A stretch of 64,000 bases of DNA from Octopus bimaculoides (GCF_001194135.2 NC_068999.1:17757572-17821571); one strand, 5' to 3'. Positions 40,690-55,465 are shown, counted from the first letter of the stretch. The notes: generated by a model from the sequence alone, not told the origin. Made by a program: numbers and translations.

Positions 40690-41013
40690 CGATTTGCTGA
40701 ATCTCTAAAGGGTCGGATAAAATGCTTTAAGTGATCAGAATTTTTAACTTCTGGTTTCGAATCTTTGCGAAATCCCCTTTCGTCTTCATACATTTGTGTC
40801 GATGAAATAAAGCACATGTGAATGACGAGGTTGCATATAATTGCTGAGACATTAAACCTGGTATCCTGATTTCTATATCAGAAACAATTCTTTTTTGGGC
40901 GGTGGATTAGCACAATCCTTAGAGCATCAAACAACATGTAACGCGGTGTTGTGTTTTGAATAGAAAACTGGGCGAGATCAATTTTGCTTTTTATCTTTTA
41001 TGATGTTGATAAA
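40690..41013 (+). mobile_element. Two highly degraded tandem family A copies
   Basis: CGGATAAAATGCTTTAAG...GTGTCGATGAAATAAAG and GGGCGGTGGATTAGCACAATCCTTAG...GGGCGAGATCAATTTTGCTTTTTATC follow family A order. Confidence 0.4.
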
Positions 41014-41926
41014 GAGCCAGGCAAATAATCAGTAAGATATAATATATTAACACTCACTCCTCAATTTCGATCATTGTTCTTATATTAGAAACGTGCTTTA
41101 TTTTTTATTTGGATCTTTTCCATCTCATTGAACTATCCAAAATATATTTATGCTACTCACTATTTTCCTATATATATTTTGCAAGATATCAGTCAAGTCC
41201 TAGAGTATAGTTGGTAGCAAAGATCAAATTTGCTTCTATAAAATTAAGCGAAACAAAATATTAAAACAAACTTCATTACATTCAGTGTAGATAATGAGTA
41301 ACGTCTCAGTACATGGCCTTAACGATGTAAGCACTGATGCATAATGAAATACTTGCCCTTCTATAACATTCGTGTTCGGATACATCATCATATATTATAA
41401 AAACATAATTAATCACACGTAATTATCAAATACACTATAAAATCAAATTTCGTATATTATTTGGAGGTACATTTTGGATTTATTCATGTAAACTTTGAAA
41501 TATATTGATGCTATAAATGATACACAAAACCGTGTCTATCACAAAATCAGTAAATGTGTCTCTCCACGATTATTAGATATGAACCAATTCTTGTTGGTTA
41601 TTCGTTTACTAACACAATTATTTATTTATTTATTTTACCTTTCGGAAACTTTCACGTTGTGGTTCATAATATCTCACTGGTATTTGTTTTACAGAGAAGA
41701 AATATATTTCATTGGAGTCTTTGTACATTTTTTACATTACTTTTAACACAAGCAATTGACTATTTTTGCTTGAAAATTATGCTTGCAATATAGGTGTGTA
41801 TGGGTTATGTATGTTTGTGGCAGTATGCGTTTGACAATGTCCATGTGAGTTTTTCCATATGTGATTCAATATATCTATAGCGTCATCCAGTCCCTTATAT
41901 TATGCCAGCAGTTACTTTATCTAATG

Positions 41927-42294
41927 AGTGGAGGCTCAATGGCCCAGTGGTTAGGGCATAGGATCGCAGTTTCGATTCCCAGACCGGGTGTTGTGAGTGT
42001 TTATTGAGCGGAAACACCTAAAGCATGAGGCTCCGGCAGGGGGTGGTGGCGACCCCTGCTGTACTCTTCCACCACAACTTTCTCTCACTCTTACTTCCTG
42101 TTTCTGTTGTGCCTGTAATTCAAAGGGTCAGCCTTGTCACACTGTGTCAAACTGAATATCCCCGAGAACTACGTTAAAGGTACACGTGTCTGTGGAGTGC
42201 TCAGCCACTTGCACGTTAATTTCACGAGCAGGCTGTTCCGTTGATCGGATCAACTGGAATCCTCGACGTCGTAAGCGACGGAGTGCCAACAACA
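41927..42294 (+). mobile_element. Family D SINE with a 13-bp target-site duplication
   Basis: A-box TGGCCCAGTGG, B-box GTTTCGATTCC, conserved centre CTTGTCACAC...GAGAACTACGTTAA.GGTACACGTGTCTGTGGAGTGCTCAGCCACTTGCACGTTAATTTCACGAGC; ACTTTATCTAATG at 41914-41926 and 42295-42307. Resemblance of the centre to Deu/Nin(Inv)-type domains is from recall. Confidence 0.92.
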
Positions 42295-44142
42295 ACTTTA
42301 TCTAATGTACTTTTTTTTTCTTCATTTGTATAATATAATATTATTTAGCATATGATTTTTCCCCCTCAAATAACATTATTACTGCGAGGTCGGTTGATGT
42401 TCCAGTATTTTCTTTGTATTGAAAATTAGAATGTTTTATTTAGCAGCCTCGTTGCTTTAGCATCTCTTTGCTTTGCTTAGATGTTTAATTTTGTGTCTAA
42501 GTTATTATCTGGGCGTGGTGGATCTCTGCGTGTGGAAAGAAGATATGGGCGCCTGTTGTCATCATCGTTTTGATGGGATGCTGGTAATACAACGCAATTT
42601 TTTTTTCTTCTGCTATAACTAAGAAACGAATGGCAGAATCTATTTAATTGAATTATTTAAGATGTAAAGACCAATAGTGTAAAAAGGTAACAAAACAGAC
42701 AGAAACTACACACACACAAAGAGAGAGAGAAAGAGAGATGGGGTGAGGGAGAGAGAGAGAGAGACATACATATATGCAAATAAAACGGGATGGGAGTCGA
42801 AAAATCTAAAAGAGACGAGAGAGGAAATGAAATAAGTGACTTAAGAAGGGAAAGGGATATTTAACTGGATAATTGATGCTTGTTGTCTAGACTGCTTTAA
42901 GACAAGATAGTTGAATTGTAATAAGTTGGTAATGGTATTTAGTTTTATATTTGTACAAAGTCAAATCTCACATGTTTAATGTAGTGTATACAACGTGTAA
43001 TATGCAATTCTGTGTGTATGCATTAAAACCTACATGTGTGTGTGCGTGGTTTTTTGTGAATGTGTGAGTTTGTATGAATGTGTGGTTTGCGTGTCAGTGT
43101 AACTTACATATGTTTATAATAAAGGTTTCAAAATATTTGGCACAATCCCACACATTTGCTGGGGTAAATGAGTGGTTTTATTTATTGTGTGTAACATTTT
43201 GTGAACAACAGAGTCTTTGGATGCTTACACCAGAAAAGATTAATGAATTGTTCTTTGAATGTATGATGTCTAAGAAAATAATTAAACAGCTCTTCATCTC
43301 AGGGCCACCATAAGAATTTTTTACTTTTTTTTTATAATTTAAAGGGTTGTTCTCCGTAATCCAGCTACTGGATGTATTTTTCACAATGTTCAGTCGAAAT
43401 ACACACGCACGGACGTATCACAGGATGAACATGTAAAGGTATTCTAAAAACAGCATGAAGCGAATCCTATTAAAGGCATATCATAAACAGAACAGGCGGA
43501 ATGACCGAGAGACAATTCAGTGAGAAGAACAAAACCAGTGCAATCTTATACTCGTCTAAAAGTCTATATGTAAAAAAGAAAGACCGGTAAACAACATTGG
43601 AAAAACTTTTTCAGTCTAGTCACATCAGCTTCCACCCAGAGAGGTCATTGGAGCAGTATGCGTTTAAGAAGTAATATTCGAGTACATTATGAACAAAAAT
43701 AATGTATTACATGATTAAAAGATACTGAAAAAACAACACCAGTTCCGACGTAAATGGCAACACCAAAATTACTACCAGAACTACCAGTAATACTATTTCA
43801 ATAGCAATAATATGAAGATGAAAAAAAGCAGCATAGAGCATTTTATATTTGAGAGAATGACCGCGACAAAGCACACTTCTCTCTTTCTCTTTCCCAATTC
43901 TCCCAATCTCTCTTACATACACACAAACACACCCGTGTGTGTGGATTAGTTCTTGCACTGGTGCGTAATAAACATACAGCAGCAAAATCCATAGGAAGAA
44001 GTGATAAAAATAATAGCAACGTTTTGACAATAGCGACAATGAATATAGTAATCCGGTATGCAAACGCATATATCTTAATTTTGTACGTACTTCCATGTCA
44101 TGTGTACACATTGCAAGTATCTCGTCCAATACATACATACCT

Positions 44143-44144
<2 letters not shown>

Positions 44145-44226
<82 letters not shown>
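44145..44226. repeat. (GT)n microsatellite, about 41 units
   Basis: Directly visible. Confidence 0.97.
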
Positions 44227-44229
<3 letters not shown>

Positions 44230-45231
44230 TTCGGCTGTCTGTTACGCTCTGTTGCTCTACATGCAGGATTTGATAGACAGAAAAACAGATTATGTCTTCT
44301 TTTTCTGTGCATATAAATTCTATTACCCGTTCAGATATATTTGTGATATTTCTTTTATGAATAGATAAAATTTTGTCAGGAGATTATCTTCCAGATTTGT
44401 CTGCATAAAAGCAATAAAGCTCATGTTATAACTTTGTACATGCACTTGGACAGACAGACCGGTCTGTAAGGGCATTCGCATATTTATTAGCAATGAAAGG
44501 AAAAACCGTCTATTCTGATTATATGGGTGTTTAAAATTTGCCATTGCTATTGTTATTTTGTGCATGACCATCTCGGTACTCAAGCTACAATACATGTCTA
44601 TATATAACATAAATAAGACTACATTACTGAACTCGCCTATTTTTTTTTTAAATTTGGTAGGTAGCGCTATCAAGAAAGATTTAAATGCTATTTACACATG
44701 AAGAGCTAACACATGTATAGGTGCGGATTGGCCGACTTCCATGTTTGTAGTTTAAATAAATATGCATACAGCAAGAGCCCGCATGTACACATAGACATAT
44801 GCACTTATGTTATGTGTGTGTGCGCTCATGCATACGTTTAAGTATGATTATTTCATTAGGTGTGTGAGTGTACAGGTATACGTTCGTACATCATAAAGCT
44901 GTAGATCTAGAGAAGCAACAAACCTTCGTTCTTGCATGTAAAGGAAATATATCATTAACAATATGTAACACAGTTTGTATAGTAAGTGAAAGAAAGTAGA
45001 GAGTAGCTCACTCATGTCGTAAATATTACGCCTTCAAATTCAGCGACGCTTTGTGGTGTAACTATATGCCAACTGATTTTAGTTAGCTGTTTAACTCGAC
45101 GACAGTGAAAGTTGATACGTTGTATGGTCACTTAAATTTTCATACAACATGATGTGATTCTATGCGTATGTATACACATATATTTTTTATATACATGTAC
45201 AAATGTATATACATAGGCGCATACATACATG

Positions 45232-45269
<38 letters not shown>

Positions 45270-45860
45270 NNNNNNNNNNNNNNNNNNNNNNNNNNNNNNN
45301 NNNNNNNNNNNNNNNNNNNNNNNNNNNNNNNNNNNNNNNNNNNNNNNNNNNNNNNNNNNNNNNNNNNNNNNNNNNNNNNNNNNNNNNNNNNNNNNNNNNN
45401 NNNNNNNNNNNNNNNNNNNNNNNNNNNNNNNNNNNNNNNNNNNNNNNNNNNNNNNNNNNNNNNNNNNNNNNNNNNNNNNNNNNNNNNNNNNNNNNNNNNN
45501 NNNNNNNNNNNNNNNNNNNNNNNNNNNNNNNNNNNNNNNNNNNNNNNNNNNNNNNNNNNNNNNNNNNNNNNNNNNNNNNNNNNNNNNNNNNNNNNNNNNN
45601 NNNNNNNNNNNNNNNNNNNNNNNNNNNNNNNNNNNNNNNNNNNNNNNNNNNNNNNNNNNNNNNNNNNNNNNNNNNNNNNNNNNNNNNNNNNNNNNNNNNN
45701 NNNNNNNNNNNNNNNNNNNNNNNNNNNNNNNNNNNNNNNNNNNNNNNNNNNNNNNNNNNNNNNNNNNNNNNNNNNNNNNNNNNNNNNNNNNNNNNNNNNN
45801 NNNNNNNNNNNNNNNNNNNNNNNNNNNNNNNNNNNNNNNNNNNNNNNNNNNNNNNNNNNN

Positions 45861-45918
<58 letters not shown>

Positions 45919-48270
45919 TAAAGAGAGAAAGAGTATGCTTATGTGCTATTAGAGATATGAATGATCGAAATTTAGACGAATTTATATTTACGCTACGAAA
46001 AGGAAAAATTCATGAAAAAGCAAATATGAAAAACATAGGTTTTTTTTTTTTACTTCTATTATTTCCTTCTCTAAGTTGCATCACAACGTAAATCTAAAAC
46101 CATGTTGCACATTGTCCTTAAAATTATCTCACGTTTAACGATGATACATTTTTTCCTCGAAAAGTCTATGATCTATTTGATTACCCTTTATAGTTGTATA
46201 TTCAAAGGTTTGGTTCGAAACCCAATGCACCCAAGCGTGCAATTGTATATCCAAGGAAAGATTGATTGTCTTTTATTTATATTTTTCGATTATATTTGTT
46301 CCTCACTTTTATTATATTTCCTAGTTATATTTTAACTGAATTTCTCCATTCTTCGCTGCAAGTTTGTTTTCTTTGTACCCCACCTCTCTCTCTATCTTTC
46401 GCTGTATGTATATCTACATATATTGTTTTATCCTTTATTCGTATTACTCCCAATAATTGGCGTTTGAACATATGTACCATTTTTATTTCGGCTACCATAT
46501 CGCTACCGTACACACATATCCACACACACGCACAAATATATATTCGAATCAACCGACAAGAATGTATTATATATGCAAATGTGTCTATCTGATTTTCTTC
46601 CAAGCTTTGTGAGTCGATCAGCCGTGACCTCTGTGATTATCAATATGGTTTCCTGGAGATATCTCAGAGTTGGATTGCAACAAAAATATTTTTTAAATGG
46701 TTGGCTGATGCATTTTTCACGAAAATATTATATACATAATGATACTTGACTGATTCTATACGTATTCCATTCTGTGAGTATGAGTGTGTATATGTGTATA
46801 TCTATAGCTATCTATTTGTGCGTGCGTGTGTGTGTGTATAAATATTTGAAAATTAGGAATATCCTGTAATACACTACACTAGATCATATACGTACAGGTG
46901 CTCCAAACTATGTTGAACTCCATCAATATACGCCGGATAATGAGTTTTCAACAGAGAGGCATGTAAGTATAATACATATATGGAGCTATAAAACAAAGAA
47001 TAGCGCTGATGCCGCTTACATAGCATCAGTATCGTGTGAAATGAGCTGAACACTGTAAGCCTCACGCCTAGAAACATTCTTGTACCTCCTTTCAAGCAAT
47101 CGTCTTTGAATGCAAACATTTCATGAGAAGGACGTATATCACACAACTTCCTCATATAGAACAATGTCAAACTGCCATTAAATTCACTCAACTAATTGCG
47201 TATAGTGCTACTTACATTTATTCATCTAATCATGTATACGAAAGCGTGTATAAATATATGTATGTATATAACTAACCTGTCTTGATTTCGTTCGGTGAAT
47301 CCACAGAGCTATAGGTACAGGAGATATAGAAGTATTTAAAAATGTGTATGTATGTATTTCTGCACAATGAGGTGTTTACTAGTAATATATCTTTTGTAAA
47401 TATCTCTTCTTATGTTGCTACTCCTCAGATTTATATATCTCAGCAGGATATTTCTTTCTTAAATTTTGAATACATATTTCCAAAGAGATATTCTGAGAGA
47501 ATTAGTTAGCTTTCATGCTGTACCGAATATCTCAAACGCTGTCTTTTATTTACTAAATCGCCAATTTAAAAACAAATCTTCAAATATTTATCTTTCAACC
47601 ACTCTATAATTTTATCCATAATTTTTTTGTAATTATACGCTTGTTGGCATGCAGAAATCTAAGTAGGAGAGATCTATAGCAAAATTGGACTAGCATCCTG
47701 ACATCAGTGTACTTAAAACAGAGAGTCAATACATTGAGGCAAAGAAAAATGTTATACGCGCACACGTGTGTATGTATGTGTTTCTGGCAATAGTAACATC
47801 TAAGTTTCCATGCATGTGCACTCCATTTACAAGGCGTGTTTATGCAGGTGATACGCTGTTGATATACTCGTACATTAATGTACACATTGTTTTCGTAGTA
47901 CTGAAGTACGGAATGATAGTTCCATAGCGCGTTAATATATAGAGCTGCGTTAAAGAACAGAACTGCCCTATCGATGTCGTCTCGATAATGCTGGGGAGAA
48001 GTAGATCTGGGTATATGCGCAGAGAGGTGTGTAAGAGAGAGAGATAGAGAGAGAGAGAACCTTCTCCGAATTGAATTTCTTGGTCTTTCTCGCACAAACC
48101 TTGATTCAGCAATATGGACTAACAAATACATCGCATACACACACACGAACACACATACATACATGTGTGTGTGTCTACGTGTGTATTTCTAAGCATGTGT
48201 GTATATATCTAACTAAATCCACACACACACATGTATATATGACATTATATTTATATATATCTATCTCACA

Positions 48271-48630
48271 GCACTCCGTCGTTTACGATGACGAGTGTTC
48301 TAGTTGATCCGATCGACGGAACAGCCTGCTCGTGAAATTATCGTGCAAGTGGCTGAGCACTCCACAGACACGTGTACCTTAGCGTAGTTCTCAGGGAGAT
48401 TCAGCGTGACACAATGTGTGACAAGGCTGGCCTTGTCAACAGAAACAGGAAGAAAGACTAAAATTGTGGTAAAAGAGTATAGCAGGGATCGCCACCACCC
48501 CCTGCGGGAGCCTCGTGGAATTTCAGCTGTTTCCGCTAAATAAACACTCACATCACCCGATCTGGGAATCGAAACCGCGATCCTACGACCGTGAATCCGT
48601 TATCCTAACCACTGGGCCATTGCGCCTCAC
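48271..48630 (-). mobile_element. Family D SINE, near full length
   Basis: Reverse-complement head GAGGCGCAATGGCCCAGTGGTTAGGATAACGGATTCACGGTCGTAGGATCGCGGTTTCGATTCCCAG; same centre and tail as 41927. Confidence 0.92.
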
Positions 48631-49069
48631 ATGTATGTACACATGTAGACACATTGATATAGTTTTTAGAAGTATCAGTTCGACATATTAATATAATTTT
48701 TCTAAAATACTTTAACAGAGCAAGATGGAAGAAATTCATGTTGTCGCTATTGTAGCTAGGAATAAACTACAATTCGAAAAATGGATCGGAACCCACTGTG
48801 ATCATAACTTGTAAAAGATTATGGTTCATTTCTAATTTATTTCTGCAGCTGATGATAGCACTGCATTTAAATTGATGTAATGATTGCATTGATCAATTAA
48901 ATGGAACCGCTTGAAACAGTCGTACTGCATCATTTCTTGGTATCCTGCTGCTTATTTCGATTATGCATACATACGTATATTATATGTGAACTGGATATTC
49001 CAAATTCCTAAGTCTCTGCATGTAAGTGTGTATGTGAGAAAGAGTGAGACACTGAGACATAAAGAGAAC

Positions 49070-49175
<106 letters not shown>

Positions 49176-49997
49176 GTGATAAATAAATATAAACGTTTTA
49201 ACATTTCTACAGGCCGATAGGTAGATAGATAGAAATATGCTGACCGATTAGTATGTTACTTCTANNNNNNNNNNNNNNNNNNNNNNNNNNNNNNNNNNNN
49301 NNNNNNNNNNNNNNNNNNNNNNNNNNNNNNNNNNNNNNNNNNNNNNNNNNNNNNNNNNNNNNNNNNNNNNNNNNNNNNNNNNNNNNNNNNNNNNNNNNNN
49401 NNNNNNNNNNNNNNNNNNNNNNNNNNNNNNNNNNNNNNNNNNNNTATATATATATATATATATATATATCATCAGACATACACACAGAACATATAAATAT
49501 GTATATTTGTGTCTTTATGTGTCTTTGGAAGAGGAAGTTTTGAAGTTATGTGTATATAACATAATTACACTTCATACTGCCAGAGTGAAGAATGCATCAA
49601 GTTGTGCATTATAGTTTTATATTGATTTTATTTTCCTTCTGTATTATATTGGAATTTCTTACCTAAATCTCAGACAGTATTAATTCTACACGTGTCTACA
49701 TCCCACTTTAGATATAAACCCAATAGTACCACATAATATTCGATTCTCACACACACTGACTGATAATATGTATACTAATGATTTCAAACAGAGATAGATC
49801 TCAGACGTCTTCTTAGATAAAAGTGTCCCTTGGTATTTGACTGTTTCTTCATTTCATTTAACCATTATTACGATTAGATCGAACATGATTTGAAATAAAG
49901 ACTATATGCAAGTATGTGTATGTACCTCTATATATATTTATGCACACACTTACATACATACATATATATTTATATATACTATCACTAGATTATTGTA

Positions 49998-50230
49998 AAG
50001 GCAGTGAACTGGCAGAATCATTAGCGTGCCAGGAAAAGGCTTAACGACATTTCACTCGTTTTTTACTTTCTGTGCTCAAATTCCGCCGAGGTCGAGTATG
50101 CCTTTCATTTTTTTGGGGGGAGGGGCGATGAAATAAGAACCAATTAAGCACTGTGGGCGAAGTAATTAACTTACCCCTCCCCAAAAATCTCAGTCCTTGC
50201 GCCTAGATTAGAAAGGATTAATATTATTAT
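49998..50230 (+). mobile_element. Family A SINE
   Basis: AAGGCAGTGAACTGGCAGAATCATTAGCGTGCCAGG...CTCAAATTCCGCCGAGGTCGAG...GAAAGGATTAATATTATT. Confidence 0.85.
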
Positions 50231-50245
50231 GTTGTTGTTTGACTA

Positions 50246-50443
50246 AGAACCGTTAGCACGCTGGGCAAAATGCTTAGCGGCATTTCGTCCGTCTAGATGC
50301 TCTGAGTTCAAATTACATCATGGTCAACTTCACGTTCCTTCCTCTCAGGGTCGATGAGATAACTACCAGTTGAACACTGATGTCTATATAATCGACTTAT
50401 ATACTCCACACAGATACCTGGCACTGTGCCAAAATTTGAAACC
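50246..50443 (+). mobile_element. Family A SINE (tandem with the previous)
   Basis: AGAACCGTTAGCACGCTGGGCAAAATGCTTAGCGGCATTTCGTCCG...TCTGAGTTCAAATT...GTGCCAAAATTTGAAACC. Confidence 0.85.
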
Positions 50444-51107
50444 GTTCTCATTATTATTCTAGTTGTTTTACAGGGAATATGGAGAGGCATCACAATGGAC
50501 TCTAGTGTATCACAGCCGTAGTTTACTTAAAGGTAAATAATTCTATATGCATAATCTTGTTGTATGGTGTTACTTGAACTGTCAGAGCGCAGTTAAACCG
50601 AAATTATTCTAACCAAGTTTATGATTATAAATACTGTCAACGTCAAAGTTGAGACCATAGACAAATATAGTACAGTAACAGGAAATGTATTCCTTACTCA
50701 CACATTGTGTCTTTCATATTACCGTCTCTTTCTCTTCCCAGTTTTATGTGTAATTCAAAAGTGAATATTGCTATATAATGTTGTTATAGTGTTTCAGACT
50801 ATCGTAGTTGTTTTCCACATGGATGTGTGAAGTATCTAACAACACACTTTATAATTTCATGAATAAACATTTCTCTAATCACAGAAACGAACACTGTGAT
50901 AAGCTAAATTCCCTTTTTGCACCCAACATCGAAACCCATAAGTAATTGAATACGAAAATTAATGAATATACATCTGGAGACAAAAATGTCTTCAAATTCT
51001 TCCCTCAACCACCAAGTGTCGAGTCTTAGTAAAACATAGTGCCATATTTGATAATATGATTACATATATATGTACACAGACGCACACGCACACACACAAA
51101 CATATAT

Positions 51108-51171
<64 letters not shown>

Positions 51172-52408
51172 ACTGGTCATGACTAAAATATCTTTGATCG
51201 TTGATTTGCTCAATCAACAGTGAAAATGAATTAATAATTCCGACTGTTTAATTTAATTTTCTCAATATTGTCCTCCCACGTACTTGGAAGAAATAGAACG
51301 AGAGAGGGGAGAATGAGGAGGAGAAAGGGGGAGCAAAGAAATGACAGGAAAGTGAGAGAGGGAAAGGTAAGAGGAATCTGTTTTGTGGTATTTATATGAA
51401 ATCTTATGGTATTAATCATTTGCATATCAGTAATTTCGAATGCAAGGCGTACACAATATAACTGCGAAAGTACTGAAGCACTTTGTCAGTGATAAGCTAA
51501 GAATACAAACACAATCGTACGTTTGATAAACGTATTGTTTGGGGAACCCTGTGTCATATTCAGAGTTACCTGCAGGATAAAAATGAAAAGATTTCAATTA
51601 CTTTTGAATGCTCTAGTAATAATAGTTACGACGTTATGATGATGATGGCAATGATGATGATGATGATGATGATGATGATTATGTGATGATGATGGTGATT
51701 CTCATCCTAAATTTTTTTCTGGATCGTTTGGAGTTTTAAAGTAAGAGACGATGTTCTTTACCATGCAGATATACTGAATGTAAATTACGCCGATATTATT
51801 GGCAATCCTAAGAGTATTCAGTGCTTGAGGTAAAGAAAACAAGAATCAAAGGCTGAATGCCGTTTCCATTCGACCGAAAAATTACAAACTCACCATGGCA
51901 ACACATTCAATATAGAAATAGGTAGGAGAGGAACACAAGCAAAAAAAAAAAGACACACACAGAAAAGAAGAAAGAAGGAAGTTTAATGATTTTTGGCGTT
52001 GGGGGAACGCCAATTCTTAAAGATGGATGATTAATTGTCGATGGCATATCATACTAGTGAGATATTTTAGAGAAGACAGTTGACAGAGAAGATTGCGTTG
52101 CAATTTTAATATTTCGTCTTTCGTTTGAGCCCCTTCGTTTGACGAGATTTTGAGATTACTCCCAATTGTTCGTCAAAAAAGTGAGAAAATAAAGTATACC
52201 AAATGTCGATCCTAGTATTACTACTACTCTGTTCGCATACACGATAAATGGTTTCCGAAAGCTTTATACACTAAGATGACCTCAGTGAGAATTGAAATCA
52301 TTGAGCAGAGACACGGATCAAATACCGTATGATATATGCAATCCTATAACGACTCGGGTATTTGTCCCTTTCAACTTTATTTCAACACTCACATCTAATT
52401 TTGTATTA

Positions 52409-52592
52409 ATTTTTTTGTCACAAACCCAGGAATTTCGCAGAAAAGGGTGTAGTGGAGAACATCGATACCAGTAATCAGCTGGTACTTATTTTATCCACCA
52501 CGAAGTATGAAATGCAAAGTTCACCTCGGTGAAATTTGAAGTCAAAACGGAAAGACAGACACAATACCATTAATTATTTCGCCCAGCGTGCT
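52409..52592 (-). mobile_element. Family A SINE, 5'-truncated
   Basis: CTGGTACTTATTTTATCCACCACGAAGTATGAAATGCAAAGTTCACCTCGGTGAAATTTGAAG matches the family A core in reverse. Confidence 0.75.
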
Positions 52593-52869
52593 TAGTTCAT
52601 TGTATTCCATCCCTGCTTATATATTTATCAGCGTCATTACTGCTACCTGGTTCGGCAAGGAACGATGAAACACAAAGTACATCTCAGTTGCTTATATATG
52701 TGTGTGTGTGTGTATGTGTGGGTGTGAGAGTGAGTGTGTGTGTGACTGTGTGTGTATATATAATATATATACGTATATATATACATACATATATATATAT
52801 ATATGTATATATAATACATGTATATATACATATATATATATATCTATATATACATATATGTATACATAT

Positions 52870-52917
<48 letters not shown>

Positions 52918-53439
52918 NNNNNNNNNNNNNNNNNNNNNNNNNNNNNNNNNNNNNNNNNNNNNNNNNNNNNNNNNNNNNNNNNNNNNNNNNNNNNNNNNNN
53001 NNNNNNNNNNNNNNNNNNNNNNNNNNNNNNNNNNNNNNNNNNNNNNNNNNNNNNNNNNNNNNNNNNNNNNNNNNNNNNNNNNNNNNNNNNNNNNNNNNNN
53101 NNNNNNNNNNNNNNNNNNNNNNNNNNNNATATATAGGTATATATATGTATATATATATATATTTATGTGTGTGCATAGATATGCCTGTATGCATATATAT
53201 ATATATATATATATGAACATGAAAATGAAAATGATTATTTAATCTTGTACCACTTGGCTCAATTAACTAGAAATGATAGCCAAATTTTCTCTAGATCAAT
53301 CCATATTGTCATCTCAAGAGGAAAATTACATATTAGGCAATGTAGTCTTCAATACTTCCTAAAAGGCAGAAACAGTCACGGTCAGGATTTCTCAAATGAT
53401 ATGTCTGTTCGATCGATTACAATATATATGGAACTACAC

Positions 53440-53600
53440 TATGGTAGCAAAAGGCATATCAGCAGCAACGCGTATAGATTATTATTTTATATTTGGGAAA
53501 ATTCGAGAGTCACCCATTTGCATTGGGACCAGCCTGTCAATGAATGGAAGCAACATTAGCTCTGCGTGTTGTAAAAGGCAACTAAAAAGGGTTGAAGTAG
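53440..53600 (+). mobile_element. Possible degraded Meta-domain SINE or RTE 5'UTR-like fragment
   Basis: GCGTGTTGTAAAAGGCAACTAAAAAGGG (about 53564-53591) resembles the motif GCCTGTCGTAAGAGGCGACTAAAAGGG as I recall it. Confidence 0.25.
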
Positions 53601-53761
53601 GATTTGCGGCGTTCTGACGTCATAAAACCCACACGATTAACAACTACCCGAACATACTCAATGGTCGGAGGAATGTCACTTGACTGGTGCAAAGGTACCC
53701 TCCTCCAGGAGTTGGGAAGAAATGGTGTATTCAGAGTGTCATTGTTACAAAACATGTCCCT

Positions 53762-53794
<33 letters not shown>

Positions 53795-54224
53795 AGCTTT
53801 TAAATGGACCCCAGTTATCGATTGGTGATTATTTGCTTAACACACAAATGAAAATGAAATTTTAAGTTGTTTGAATTTTCGTCAGCGACAGTATGAAATC
53901 AAATCAGTGCAGTCCTGGACCATTCAACTATATATTGAATCCTCAATCTAGAAAAAGACGACATAGTTTTTTTTCTTTTTTATATTTCTTATTTTAGTGT
54001 TTCTTTTTTTTTATGATAGTTGGACTTTTGATGAAATCAAGCACAATTCTTGCTAACTTGTAATTAGTTTTTCAACCATGAAATGATGAACAGAGAAGCC
54101 GACATGACGAGGTTTTATGATTCAGAACGTATCGAGACGTAGGTATAAATTTAGGCCAGGAAATTGTGTTGGTAACTTCTAACACGTCGTCCATCTATCG
54201 TCAATGAAATATATTGATATTAAC

Positions 54225-54435
54225 TTCTAAATTTGGTATAAAGCAAAAATTCCTTTTTAGCTCTAGAGTGGACAATCAATTAAATTCAGTACATTAATTG
54301 AAAGATACTTATTTTATCGATCCTGGAAAGATGAAAGCCCATGTATACACGGCAAGATTTGTATCGAAGACTGTTAAACTATGTTAGTAAATTAGGTCAA
54401 TGTAGTTTCACTAGCGTCTTGACGATTCTTCCATC
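54225..54435 (-). mobile_element. Family A SINE, highly diverged
   Basis: GATACTTATTTTATCGATCCTGGAAAGATGAAAGCC core in reverse; head remnant GACGATTCTTCCATC. Confidence 0.55.
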
Positions 54436-54941
54436 AAACGCTATTCTGTTGTATTAATATTCAGCAAATGAATTATTTCGCTGCACAAGATGCAAGGCCA
54501 CACATTTTCTTTGTTATAGCAAATACACATACTAATATTTATACCACTTCGAAGAACAAACACTATAATTTATACCATTACGAACAACAAATACAGTTAT
54601 TTATATCATTGATTCGAAATTGAAAAAAAAAAAAAAGTAAAAAAGACAATGTAGATCATGGCACGATGTAAATTCATTAATTCCTTTTCAATAATACCAA
54701 ACGGTAATATGAAGGAAAATCGGTAGCCTTGAGTAAATCGATTATAGTATTTTCCTGATACGCATATTACATACTCAGATGATCAAAGAGACATAGGTCT
54801 GCCTTCTGAATTTTAACTTCAAATAATAATAATAATAATAATAATAGCTATTATTATTATTATTATTATTAATCGTAGTAACAGTAGGTCGAGGGGGTGG
54901 TGAAGAAGTGGTAGTAGGAGTGTTAGTAGTGGAAGAAAAAA

Positions 54942-55465
54942 TAATTCTTTCTAATTTTGGCACAAAGACTGAAGGTTTAATGGAGAAGTGAGTTAATTAC
55001 GCCGACCCCAGTGTTCAACTGGTACTTCTTTGATCGACCCCGGAAGGATGAAAGGCAACATCGATCTCGACCGAATTTGAACACAGAACTCAAAGATGCA
55101 CTTAATGCATCTAGGCGTGATAACAATTATATCAGCTCACCATCCTATAAGGACAACCCCTTCTATTATAAGTAACTGGCCACACATTTTCGGGGAGAGA
55201 AAGCTTGTCGATTGCATAGACCCCACTGCTCGAATGGTACTTTTTTTAGCGACCTCACAAAAATGAATGGCAAAGGTTCGACCTCGGTGGAATTTGAGCT
55301 CAAAAACAAATACTGCTGCTAATCATTTTGTTCGCCTAAATAACAATAATAACGATTCTTTCTAAAATAGGCAAAAGATCTGAAATTCTGGATGAGGGGG
55401 TTAGTCGATTACGTCGACTACCATGTTTAACTGCTATTTATCTCAACAACCCCGGCAGAATTCGA
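54942..55465 (-). mobile_element. Three tandem family A SINE copies (54942-55146, 55158-55344, partial 55354-55465)
   Basis: Repeated core, e.g. GACCCCAGTGTTCAACTGGTACTTCTTTGATCGACCCCGGAAGGATGAAAGGC, in three consecutive blocks. Confidence 0.8.

Noticed and set aside
53615-53622. Perfect CRE palindrome TGACGTCA (second copy at 18829)
   Set aside because: Roughly one is expected by chance in 64 kb at this composition; two is not notable.
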